64,000 bases of DNA, taken from the NCBI RefSeq assembly GCF_006345805.1, contig NC_043007.1, forward strand, positions 72,292,001 to 72,356,000, read 5' to 3'. The notes beneath the pieces were generated by a model that saw nothing but the letters and a program-made list of their open reading frames with translations, had not been told where the DNA came from and did not search any database. How positions within the stretch are numbered: position 1 is the stretch's first letter; each line of letters starts with the position of its first letter. Positions 1 to 10,359 of this stretch are shown here, in pieces. Source of the stretch: Octopus sinensis (lineage: Eukaryota). The translations under genes and the position numbers were made by a program.

Positions 1-534
1 ACAGAATTTTAAAAATCGACACTGCTTAACAAAACCATTCGCAATATATATATATATATATATATATTAAGCCCAAATTTGAAAGCAATACATATAGGCA
101 ATACATAGACAGAGTAATACATACATATTGTAATATACAGAGATAGTAATATCTAAGTACAGTTATGTTTACAGATTGCTGCTGACATCTTCAAAATATT
201 GAATTCTTCATAACACCCACGCAAGCTCGTTTTTAAGGTAGGAGAATAAACCTGTTAAAGTTCATGTCTTCCCCAATGACACTGGGACAAAGACGAAGTG
301 GCGGGGGGGGGGAGACATAGAAACAAAATGAAACAGAAAAGATAGAAACAGCGGAATCAAGTACAAAATTAAAGAAAATTTAATTGGTGTTGGTGATGGT
401 GATGGTGGGGTAAATATGGCGTGGCAAAGATGAAAGGGTGTGAACGGGAAATAGACGCTGTTTCGATTTTTTCTCAATCCCGTATATTACCATAGTGATC
501 TTAACATCTGTATAGACATCCCGCAGATCATCCT

Positions 535-536
<2 letters not shown>

Positions 537-577
<41 letters not shown>

Positions 578-612
578 GCACGCACGCACACACACACAAA
601 CAAACAAACACA
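537..612. repeat. (CA)n/(CACG)n microsatellite
   Basis: Direct dinucleotide run; the overlapping ORF 380..697 is a read-through of it. Confidence 0.95.
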
Positions 613-1118
613 CATATACATCACACTTACGCATAGTGAATTTTAATTGATTCCAGAACGTCCGGAGAATGGTATTTGATGTGCTACTACAAAACATTCC
701 TTGGAACTTACCAGCAAAACATTAGAGCTGAAAAAATTTAACTGAGATAAAAGAAAAAGAAGAAAAAAGTAATAAAAAATACAATCAAAAAGTTGTAGGT
801 GACAGGTGCTATTACAGTGACGCGCCATCTAAAGAAAATGGCGCGAAAGTATGGCAGAAGAATTATAAAAAAAATCTAACAGCAATAAAGAATCAAAGAT
901 CAATTCGTCATTGATGTGATTAGGTGCTACTAAGTCAATCATAACCTTTCTACTTCCGTTTCCATCGGAGAACACAAGGGCTTCAATTTGATTTCACTCT
1001 CATTCTGTTACTCAGTAGAAGAGGGAACCAAACCATGCAGGTAAAACCATATCATCAAACTAGAGTTTACACTGAAAGACAGTCATGTGTGTGCGTGCGT
1101 GCATGGGTGCGTGTGTGT

Positions 1119-1155
<37 letters not shown>

Positions 1156-1366
1156 TGTATAAAATATATAGATGAGAGAGTGTTTGAGGCATGGAAGCAA
1201 AAAGAAAAAAAAAACACTCAGCAACAACGTATACTCACTGTAGATACATTTTGTGACTTATTTGTTTCAAATTTTGGCGCAAGGCCAGCAATTTCGGGTG
1301 TGTGGAGGAGGGGGTAAGTCGACTACATCAAGCCCTGTACTCTACTGGTATTATTCTATTGGCCCC

Positions 1367-1579
1367 TAAGGCGGCGAGCTGGCAGAAACGTTAGCACACG
1401 GGCGAAATGCGTGGCCGTATTTCGTCTGCCGTTACGTTCTAAGTTCAAATTCCGCCGAGGTCGACTTTGCCTTTCATCCTTTCGGGGTCGATAAATTAAG
1501 TACCAGTTACGCACTGGGGTCGATATCTAACCTTGTTTGTCCCCTCTGTGTTTAGCCCCTTGTGGGTAGTAAAGAAATA
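1367..1579 (+). mobile_element. tRNA-derived SINE family B (tail type 1), nested in an opposite-strand family B copy
   Basis: Head GGCGGCGAGCTGGCAGAAACGTTAGC, B-box-like GTTCAAATTCC, tail TGTCCCCTCTGTGTTTAGCCCCTTGTGGGTAGTAAAGAAATA. 17-bp TSD ATTATTCTATTGGCCCC at 1350-1366 and 1580-1596. Confidence 0.9.
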
Positions 1580-1699
1580 ATTATTCTATTGGCCCCGAAA
1601 GGATGAAAGGCAGTGTCAACCTCGGCGGAATTTGAACTCGGAACATAAAGACAGATAAAATGCTGCTAAGCACTTTGTCCGGCGTGTTAACGATTCTTT

Positions 1700-1907
1700 C
1701 TATTATAAGCACAAGGCCTGAAATTTGGGGGAGGGGGATAGTCAATTACATCGACTCCAGTGCTTTACTGGTACTTAATTTATCGGTCCCAAAAGGATGA
1801 AAAGCAAAGTCGACCTCGGCGGAATTTGAACTCAGAACGTAACGGCAGACGAAATACGGCTACGCATTTCGCCCGGCGTGCTAACGTTTCTGCCAGCTCG
1901 CCGCCTT
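1700..1907 (-). mobile_element. SINE family B (tail type 2)
   Basis: Reverse complement has the same head and body but ends in CCCTCCCCCAAATTTCAGGCCTTGTGCTT. Confidence 0.85.
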
Positions 1908-3659
1908 TTATATAAATACATGAGGGTTCTTTTGAAATATGAAAGCAAAAGAAACATTTTTCTTCTTTGAGATCTATCAAAAGGTCATGTGATTCACTGG
2001 CTTCATTCACGTTACTTTGCTGCATGTATGCTTGGTGCTTCATGTTAAAAAAATTTTCCATGCAAGTTTTGGTATTGTACTGTCATAACAGAGACAAAAT
2101 GACGAGAATATTCTGTTCTTAATAACTATGTGCCATAGCTAACAGACAGTTTATAGTGAGTCTAAGCACATACACACAAAGAACAGAACGTCAGAGATGT
2201 ATTGTCATGTAAAACTTTATACATTCTAAGAACTTCACAAAAAGAATAGCACTTTTCTAATGAATGTATCCTGAAGAATGAGTTCGACGAGTAAGTTTTA
2301 CCTTACATTCACTAGAGCATCAATAAGCTAACGGTTTATGGAACTCACATTTCACAGCTCGAACTGATTGTTCTTAGCAGCATCTTTTACTGTTGACCAC
2401 CACCACTGCCCGTCTCTCCTTGTCATAATCATCATCTAACGTCCATTTTCCATATTCGCATAAGTTAGACGGTGCTCGCAGTCCAGGTCAGTCCTTACTT
2501 GCACTTTCAACTGCCCTAGACGCGTTACAGATCTACATCTGGCTTGTACATCCTATTGTACGGTTCTACGACTGGACGCCCTTTCAAAAACCAACCACTT
2601 TTCAGAGCATACTGGATGTATTTCATTATATCACAAGCACTTGACAGGTCGTCATGCCCACAACAGGGCTAAAAGCTCTTCTCGACCCTACGTAAATTCT
2701 GATCGATCACCAATCACTTTACAGAGTGTAGTGGATGTATTTTATTGAAGCACCAGCATTAGTGAGGCTCCTCATCACTGTACATCGGTTTGTTTAGGGT
2801 AACATGACTAATCGATCGAGTAGTGGAAAGAATGATTGTAGATGACTCAGTGTGGCAGAAAGAAGTGCAAGTGTGTAGTGAAAGAGACAGAGTGACTGTG
2901 TGGAGGGAGAGAGAACAGGAGATGGCCTTTCTATGTAAGTGTCACCTACAATGTGATATTTGAAATGTTTACTCTGTTTACGATTGGTCGTTTGACTATA
3001 CTTCCTCGATGGTGTAGCGTGGAGTGTGCGGATGTGCAGAGGTGTGGTAGTGTAGGAGTACCGGCAGCATTCGCGGTCATTTTATATTCATGTGTTTGCT
3101 GTATTTTAAACCATGTAACATTTATGGAAGGGGTGTGGCCAACATGGTTACTGCACAGGGTGACGAAACACACGCTACACTACAGCACTTCCTTCCATAT
3201 TTTCCACTTTTAAAGTTTTGTATTTCATGCAAATCTTATAAGTTTTACCTTCTCGTTCCTTTTGCCCTTCTGGAATTGATGATAAACCATTGCCATCTCC
3301 TCAGATGATTTAATACAATATACATTTCTATTACATCTTTATTATGGTCTCTACAAATAGATGCTTGAATCAATGAAATTAACTTTACAAAATAACTACC
3401 TATATTTAGTTCAGAGTTCAAATATCGCCCCCAACCTCGAAGTCGAATTTGTCTTTCCTTTCTTCTATAGTTGATAAAATAAGTACTAGTCACATATTGG
3501 GGTCTATTTTATATAATTCTTCTTCACTGTGAACTTGTACTAAATTAGAATGGATGCAAAGTAGCTTTTATCTGTATGTTTTGAACTTAACACCGCAAGA
3601 TAACAACCAATTTGTTAGTTTTAAAGTGTGTATGTTGTATCGACTTAAAAAAGTGGTAC

Positions 3660-4545
3660 TTCATCGGTTACATTGACGAAAGTTCCAGTTGATTCAGTCA
3701 ATGGAACAGCCTACACATGAAATTAACATGCAAGTGATTGAGTACTCTACAGACACACGTAATCTTAACGTAATTTTCTGTTGTCAGACGGGAGAAGAGT
3801 ACAGATGTCGTCTGAGTCAATTCTAAAAATTGACCCACCGGATTTCCTCACGGAAGAAGGTAAGAACTGCTCTCTCGTAGTAGCAGCAATTGCAAAAAAG
3901 GTAATATGGAAGACGAGAATGAAAGGCAGACAACATTATCTCTGGTCTCGCCTTGGTGAACGCTTTTACGTTCCATCTGAAAAGGAAGGTGGGGCTGGAG
4001 AGAAGGTGTCTGTCAGAGTGTACGTACAAAAAAATGATGGATGCTTGTTGCACGGATGCTGGGAGTGGAGAGCCCTCCGTGGACACGCTGTAAGGACTTC
4101 CAAAGGGTGTCGGTTAAAAAGACAAGGCTCATGGGGTCGGAGCACACTTGTTTTTTTTAACCTCATATTATCCTTTTATTGTTTGTTTGGTAATTTGCGT
4201 TTCATCCGTTTTCATTTTTATGTAAAATTTCATAATCTCATTCGATGTACATGACCCGCATATCATGTTGTATTGTCCCCCTCTGTGTTGGCCCTTTATG
4301 GGCAATAAAGAAAGGAATCTTAACGTAATTCTCAGGGTGATTCAGCAGGAGACAAAATGTAACAAGGCTGGCCCTCTGAATTGCAGGTACTACCCATTTT
4401 TGTCAGCTGAATGGACCAGTACAACAAGAAATAAAATATCTTGCTCGAGAACGCAACGCACCGCTGGGAATCGAATTCACAACCTTACGATCGAGAGCAG
4501 AATACCTTAACCAATAAAGCACGCGCCTTCACTTGTATCGACTTA
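3660..4545 (-). mobile_element. tRNA-derived SINE family C, interrupted by a LINE fragment
   Basis: Body homologous to 13075-13405 and 52395-52590 (GGAACAGCCT..GAAATTAAC..CTTAACGTA..CAAGGCTGGCCCT). tRNA-like head near 4460-4530. Confidence 0.8.
3776..4315 (+). mobile_element. 5'-truncated Tx1/L1-clade LINE (ORF2 C-terminus plus 3' UTR)
   Basis: 15-bp TSD AATCTTAACGTAATT at 3761-3775 and 4316-4330. Frameshifted peptides VAAIAKKVIWKTR and LVNAFTFHLKRKVGLERRCLSE resemble the Tx1-type ORF2 C-terminal AKxxIWxxR region. A-rich tail ..GGGCAATAAAGAAA. Confidence 0.75.
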
Positions 4546-6015
4546 TGAACATGCACCCAGTATAGTGTTAGTTGCGAGATAAAATCTAAAAACTCTTCTT
4601 TAATGTGTAAACTGACTCCAACCTCAACTTCAATTAAGAGAAGGCAATGTGAAAAAAATCCCATGTAAATTACCAGATAATTGGGATTTTATCATAAGTA
4701 TATTCTCTTTGCTTCAGTGAAGTAAATAATCCATTCTAATCTCATTTTAAAGCCTAAAACGTTGGATTAACTGAAACGGGGGCGGGACACAGTAAATGCT
4801 TCAGAATATTTTGTTCCGGTCTGTTTCTCCCATCCCAAAGATAATTCATTATCCTCTACAATAGATAAGTATCGGTCGTGTTTTGGGTGATCTAACTGAT
4901 TTTACCTCTGTCCTTGAATAACTGCATTGCTGAGAACAAAAAAGAAAGAAAGAAAGAAAAGGAAAAATGATAATAGTAATAATAGTCTATTTCTTATAGA
5001 ACAGCATTTTCAGAAGAAAAAAAATCGGGGAAAAAAAAAACTTGACTGATCTGGGCCCAAAATTGTCCCTGTATCGTTAGCTTTGCTTTCCTTTATTGTG
5101 TTACTTGTAGCATTCATTGGACTGCAGCTATGCTAGGGCATCACCTTCTCTTGTCCAAAGTACATATAACATTATTAACCAATGCCTTCACTGAAGAAAT
5201 AAGTTCTAATTCACACTGCAGCGGCTGAAATGCATTACTGCTGTAGATAAACAATTGCATTATGTCATATCTGACTTAACACATCGTTGTTGAGGACTAT
5301 ACTTTGGTTTCTTCATTCCGTTTTCAACTAGAATTATACACAAGTACAAATGATTTGTTCAATAAAGAATTTGGAATATAAAGCATATCTAAATAGATTT
5401 ATATGATGTACCAACTAATTTATTTCTTTTCAGGCGATTTTTTTTTAACCACAGAGCGGTATATAAAAATTGCACAACAGAACTGAAACAACAGTAAACA
5501 CTGTTTACTTTGTGATTGGTTGGAATAAATAACAATTCTCAGTTTTATTTGATTTATTCTACTCTCCTGGTTAGTATAAACAATTTTCCAATTACGTCAT
5601 TTACAGGATGTTTTCTAAATATAATGAAGCCGAATGGAAATAGGAAGTTGGTCCATCGTTGTTCGCCATTATCCTATCATTCACACGGCGGCAACAGTGA
5701 AATTAGTAACACTCAACTTACGGGTGTAGACGATCTTAATAATGAGTCACATACGAATGGGTGTATATGAACAGCTATTGTAAACATAGTGCTGTTCACA
5801 ATAAAGAGAAATATTTGACACATATATACAATTACTCTAACAATATATTGACATATTTAGCCCACAGTTATTTCAGAAATAGCAATAGATTTAACATATA
5901 GAGACTGAACAGCAAACGCATCGGAATAGACGTAAACGCACATACCAACACAGAGAGTCATTCATACATTTCCTCGCCGGATTACAAACTGTCTTTAGGT
6001 GCAGTTATATACATA

Positions 6016-6186
6016 GGCGCAGGAGTGGCTGTGTGGTAAGTAGCTTGCTAACCAACCACATGGTTCTGGGTTCAGTCCCACAGCGTGGCATCTTGGGCAA
6101 GTGTCTTCTGCTATAGCCCCGGGCCGACCAATGTCTTGTGAGTGGATTTGGTAGACGGAAACTGAAAGAAGCCTGTCGTATATATA

Positions 6187-6228
<42 letters not shown>

Positions 6229-6480
6229 TATATATGTATGTATGTATGTGTGTGTTTGTGTGTCTGTGTTTGTCCCCCTAGCATTGCTTGACAACCGATG
6301 CTGGTGTGTGTTTACGTCCCCGTCACTTAGCGGTTCGGCAAAAGAGACCGATAGAATAAGTACTGGGCTTACAAAGAATAATTCCCGGGGTCGATTTGCT
6401 CGACTAAAGGCGGTGCTCCAGCATGGCCGCAGTCAAATGACTGAAACAAGTAAAAGAGATAAAAGAGAGAGAAAGGAAAA
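6016..6480 (+). mobile_element. tRNA-derived SINE family A, full length, uninterrupted target site
   Basis: A-box-like TGGCTGTGTGG, B-box-like GGTTCAGTCCC, internal (TA)n(TG)n tract, tail ..GACTGAAACAAGTAAAAGAG. Target motif AAGTAGCTTGCT at 6038-6049 is empty. Confidence 0.9.
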
Positions 6481-7334
6481 GAGAGAATAGTACAGAAGCA
6501 ATTTGTTGTTATCTAGTACACATATTACTTCAGACAGAGTTAACGAATCTAAAAAACGTTACATCCTAATGTAAAACAATCGTTCATACTGTACATTACT
6601 TAGATTATAAAAGAACTGAAGACTAACTATTTGCGGGAAGATGTACGATAAATCTGTTACTCTTTAATTTGTTTCAGTCATTTGACTGCGGCCATGCTGG
6701 AGCACCGCCTTTAGTCGAGCAAATCGACCCCAGGACTTATTCTTTGTAAGCCTAATACTTATTCTATCGGTCTCTTTTGCCGAACCGCTAAGTTACGGGG
6801 ACGTAAACACACCAGCATCGGTTGTCAAGCGATGATGGGACGTGGGGGACAAACACAGAGATAAAAACACACACATATATATATATATATATACATATAT
6901 ACGACGGGCTTCTTTCAGTTTCTGTCTACCAAATCCACTCACAAGGCTTTAGTCGGCCCGAGGCTACAGTAGAAGACACTTGCCCAAGGTACCACGCAGT
7001 GGGACTGAACTCGGAACCATGTGGTTGGCAAGCAAGCTACTTTATTTCAACAATTTTGCCACTAGGGCAGCACACAGAGTAGCTACGGGCTGGACAAAGA
7101 CATTAATGGATGATGGTGGTGGTGGATGAAGATGGTGATGGGAGAAGTCAAAAAGCGCCCGCCGACTCTCGCTTCTCTAAAACAATGTTTTTTTTTTTCC
7201 AATAATTTTACAAAATTTCCAAAATTTTACAAAAATTCAAAAATTTGACAAAAATTCCAAATTTTACAATTTACAATTTCAAAAGTTTTTCCAGAGGCAA
7301 TAAACCTCTATCACAATATAACACAAATACAGGT

Positions 7335-8524
7335 TCACGTTACCCGACCGATGAACGCTCTTGCTTTAATGGCGCAATCGTTCTTCGTCAGGTCCCCGCA
7401 TATAGGTATAACTTGCAAGAGATCCTCCGGGAAAGAATTCTCGATCCTGCACATATCATTTTCGAGTAGGACCTCCGCAGCCAGCTGCGAAGGCCACTCG
7501 GGATACTCCATGCAGGACCGCAATCCCTCCCATTGGTTTCTCTTCCTCATCTTACCTATTTCATTCTCTAATGTACCTCCTTTGTAGAAGAGGACTACAT
7601 AATATTTCTCCGGCCCCACAACCGCCGGAGGACACATGGGAGACGCCGTCTGCGTGTTACAATCCGCTGGCGGCGTCCCGTTTCTTTTCTTTCTTTTTTT
7701 CTTTTTACCCTGGGCCACGGGAGGTTGAGGTTCCGGCGTTGCACACGCCGGGTCCACTCTTTCTCCCGTAGCTTCCGGGTCTTTTAGTGGGTCACCATTG
7801 TTTCCCACTTTTCGTTTTCTCGTTGAGGAAGTCACCGCTTCCTCGTTCTGTTTCTCTCCCTCCATTGGTGGGGCAGGGAGAGGCTCTGATATCAACTGCT
7901 CCAGGATCCTACTCTGGTCCCTGGGGCAGTTCTTCTTAATGTGGCCGGTCTCCAAACACAGGTGACACTTGGGGGGGGGCGTCCCTCAAGCATCACCGGA
8001 TACTTGGACCCGGCCATCCTCAAAAAGTCCGGCAAAACCAGACTCTTGGCTGACTGGGTCCATAGAGTCAAAGTAGCCTTTGACCCCTCCCAATCAGCCG
8101 CAGGCTGCATTCTTACGTTCAGGATCTTGGCGCTACCACCACTCAGACCCCGGCGGATAGAATCCTCCACCCACTCGGGCTCAAAGCCGGGTGGCAGGCC
8201 GCAGACCCATAATCTTATTAATTTTTCTCCCTTGTAGCTTGGGAGAAACAAAATCTCTTCGCCCTCAATGGGCTTGCTTGCGAAATTGCAAGCTGCTTTA
8301 GGAGAGTCAAACATCAACCAAATCGTTGCGTATTTGGCTCCCCGTTGAATGTATTTAACGGCTGGCATATAGTCTGCCAGCTCGTTAATAATAGTGGCTT
8401 TCGGAAAAACCATTATGGTGTTGAGTGACTTTGAATAAGTCCTCAATACCACGGTTTTGTCCTCCAGCTCCTTCAGATAACCCTTGGGAGGTGTCAACTC
8501 CCATATGGTTAACTCCTTTGCCAT
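7335..8524 (-). pseudogene. E1 ORF1 (Tx1-like; RRM-like region, CCHC knuckle, C-terminal domain), one frameshift in a C9 run
   Basis: MAKELTIW..TVVLRTYSKS..YATIWLMFDSPKAA..LWVCGLPP..LEGRPP, then after the shift KCHLCLETGHIKKNCP..YPEWPSQLAAEV..stop at 7335. About 396 aa if the frameshift near 7971-7979 is repaired. Confidence 0.85.
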
Positions 8525-8671
8525 AACAAAAGTCCAATAAGAAAAAAACACAATGACAGAACAGAAAGACAGAGCAGAGAAAAGGACGAAGGAAGACAGT
8601 TCAAATAATGGCAACACAGTTCTGCAACTGGTAATCCTCACGAAACAGGGTACTCCAGTTGCAGCACACTC

Positions 8672-8781
8672 GGTTCTCCGTGGCAAATCCAAGCACAATT
8701 GGTTCTCCGTGGTAAATCCAAGCACAATTGGTTCTCCGTGGTAAATCCAAGCACAATTGGTTCTCCGTGGTAAATCCAAGC
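8672..8781. repeat. 29-bp tandem repeat (3.8 copies) in the E1 5' UTR
   Basis: Unit GGTTCTCCGTGGTAAATCCAAGCACAATT at 8672, 8701, 8730 and partial at 8759. Confidence 0.97.
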
Positions 8782-9289
8782 GAACAAATTAATTTTTGAG
8801 GAGGGGCTATGCCTCTCAAAACACACAATTCTCACTAAAAGGTGAGACAATAAATATGCCAACAGGCAGAACAAATACATCCGAAGCAAAGTAAAGCTTA
8901 TTACGCGCAGAAAAGTGTTAACACTAATTAACATTAATGTCAAAAAAGTATTAACGGCAAGCAATAAACCTCACTATGCTTCCAAAAATATCCAAAATGT
9001 CCTACCTGTTGCCGTAAAATGTTCAATATTTCACGTTAACACGTGACATTTGCCGGAGCAGCAAAAAAACACGTCTGAACAGGTCAGAGGCAAGCAAGCT
9101 ACTTACCACACAGTCACTCCTGCACCTATAGCTAAGGATTGTTAACCTTTATCTTAAAGTACTTCGCTTTTTGAAAATACGGAATTCATTTATTCTCAGC
9201 TTCTGTATGTTCAATCTCGTACAAAAGCTGGAAGGTTTCAACAATAATGAACTGCAGTTCTATATTTAAGAGATGAGGAATTATGTACA

Positions 9290-9562
9290 TTATTTACATT
9301 TGACGGATATTTGTCCTCATCTTGTTTGTTGTTAACACAACATTTCGGCTGATATACCCTCCAGCCTTCATCAGGTGTCTTGGGGAAATTTTGAACCTAG
9401 GTTCTCATTCCTAAGGTATTTTTCGATGTTGTTATTATTCAGGTCACTGCCTGGAATCGAACTCGGAATCTCGGGGTTAGTAGCCCGCGCTCTTAACTCC
9501 AATTTTCCGAGTTCGATTCCAGGCAGTGACCTGAATAATAATCCGTCAAATGTAAATAATGA
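9290..9562 (-). mobile_element. tRNA-headed SINE-like element carrying a hammerhead ribozyme, with an inverted partial copy at its 5' end
   Basis: Minus strand GTTAAGAGCGCGGGCTACTAACCCCGAGATTCCGAGTTCGATTCCAGG (tRNA anticodon/T-arm-like). 37-bp inverted repeat 9430-9467 / 9505-9541 and a second arm 9290-9310 / 9541-9562. Confidence 0.65.
9335..9378 (-). ncRNA. Minimal type I hammerhead ribozyme (variant)
   Basis: ACAC-CTGATGA-A-GGCTG-gagggtatat-CAGCC-GAAA-TGT-T-GTGT. Stem I 4 bp, stem II 5 bp with one extra A after A9, near-palindromic stem III, GUU cleavage triplet. Confidence 0.6.
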
Positions 9563-10359
9563 ACTAATTAGTTTCCTTAATGACTAACGGTTCATTAATT
9601 CGCAGCACTTGTGAATGGAATAATAACATATGATACAATATAGGAATTTCACCCTGTGTGTGAGTAACTTTTTATATTATCAAATATGGAAAGATAGCAA
9701 AGATTGACTTTACCTGGATTTGAACTTAGAATATGTAATACTATGACTTAATACCATAAATTAGTTGTTCGATGCTCTGGCATTTCTGTCAATCCACTAC
9801 GAAGACGAAATTGTTGATATAAGAAAATTACAAAATGATAGAACTGCGATGTTAAGCAAATGATTTCTTTCAGACAAGTCTTGTCTGAAAAGTAAAGTGG
9901 ATCGGATAGCTTCAACTAAGTTCTCTTAACCCTAACTCAGAAACAGTGGAAGCAATCTCTGCAATACATTTATGATATATATATATACAAATAAGGATAA
10001 GTTTTGTTTACTTAGATTCAAAGCCCGCAGACAAGGCCCGGAAAATTAAGTATTTATCTAAGACAAAATTTTCTGTCTAAAACAATGGTTTTTGTACCTA
10101 TCATTCACCATTTTTCACATCGGATTGGAATATGCAAATGGAAACAATACGAAATAATAATCAATAAATTCCATACAAAATGTAATCAACTTTTTACAAG
10201 ATCGAAACCTGATCACAATTTTGCCGAAGTATTTCTCAATAAGCATATACAAATTTTATAAATTGTAAACATATTTAGATATTTTTATTGTGTTACTGCA
10301 CCCTACAGAACTCTATTCCAACCTGATTTCTACCTATCTATCTATCTATCTAACTATTT

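Larger units (their letters stand above)
7043..9088 (-). mobile_element. E1: ORF1-only (HAL1-like) Tx1-type non-autonomous retroelement
   Basis: 16-bp TSD (plus strand GGCAAGCAAGCTACTT at 7027-7042 and 9089-9104), about 560-nt 5' UTR, single gag-like ORF, about 290-nt 3' UTR ending ..CTCTGTGTGCTGCCCTAGTGGCAAAATTGTTGAAATAA. No RT or endonuclease coding. Confidence 0.88.
6660..9130 (-). mobile_element. SINE family A split by element E1
   Basis: Head at 9089-9130; remainder of head, body and tail at 6660-7042. The halves join into an intact family A copy when 7043-9104 is removed. Confidence 0.92.

Noticed and set aside
480-685. Small minus-strand coding exons (HIKYHSPDVLESIKIHY.. / ..MICGMSIQMLRSL)
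   Set aside because: Frames can be joined, but acceptors are weak and the peptide is not recognisable.
6016-6100. tRNA-like heads as genuine tRNA genes
   Set aside because: No complete cloverleaf; each continues into a repeated SINE body.
8525-8779. N-terminal extension of ORF 7892..8779
   Set aside because: Begins at a non-ATG codon inside the 29-bp tandem repeat; homology with E3 supports a start at the ATG at 8524.
8672-8781. 29-bp direct repeats as a CRISPR array
   Set aside because: Units are contiguous with no spacers, and the context is eukaryotic.
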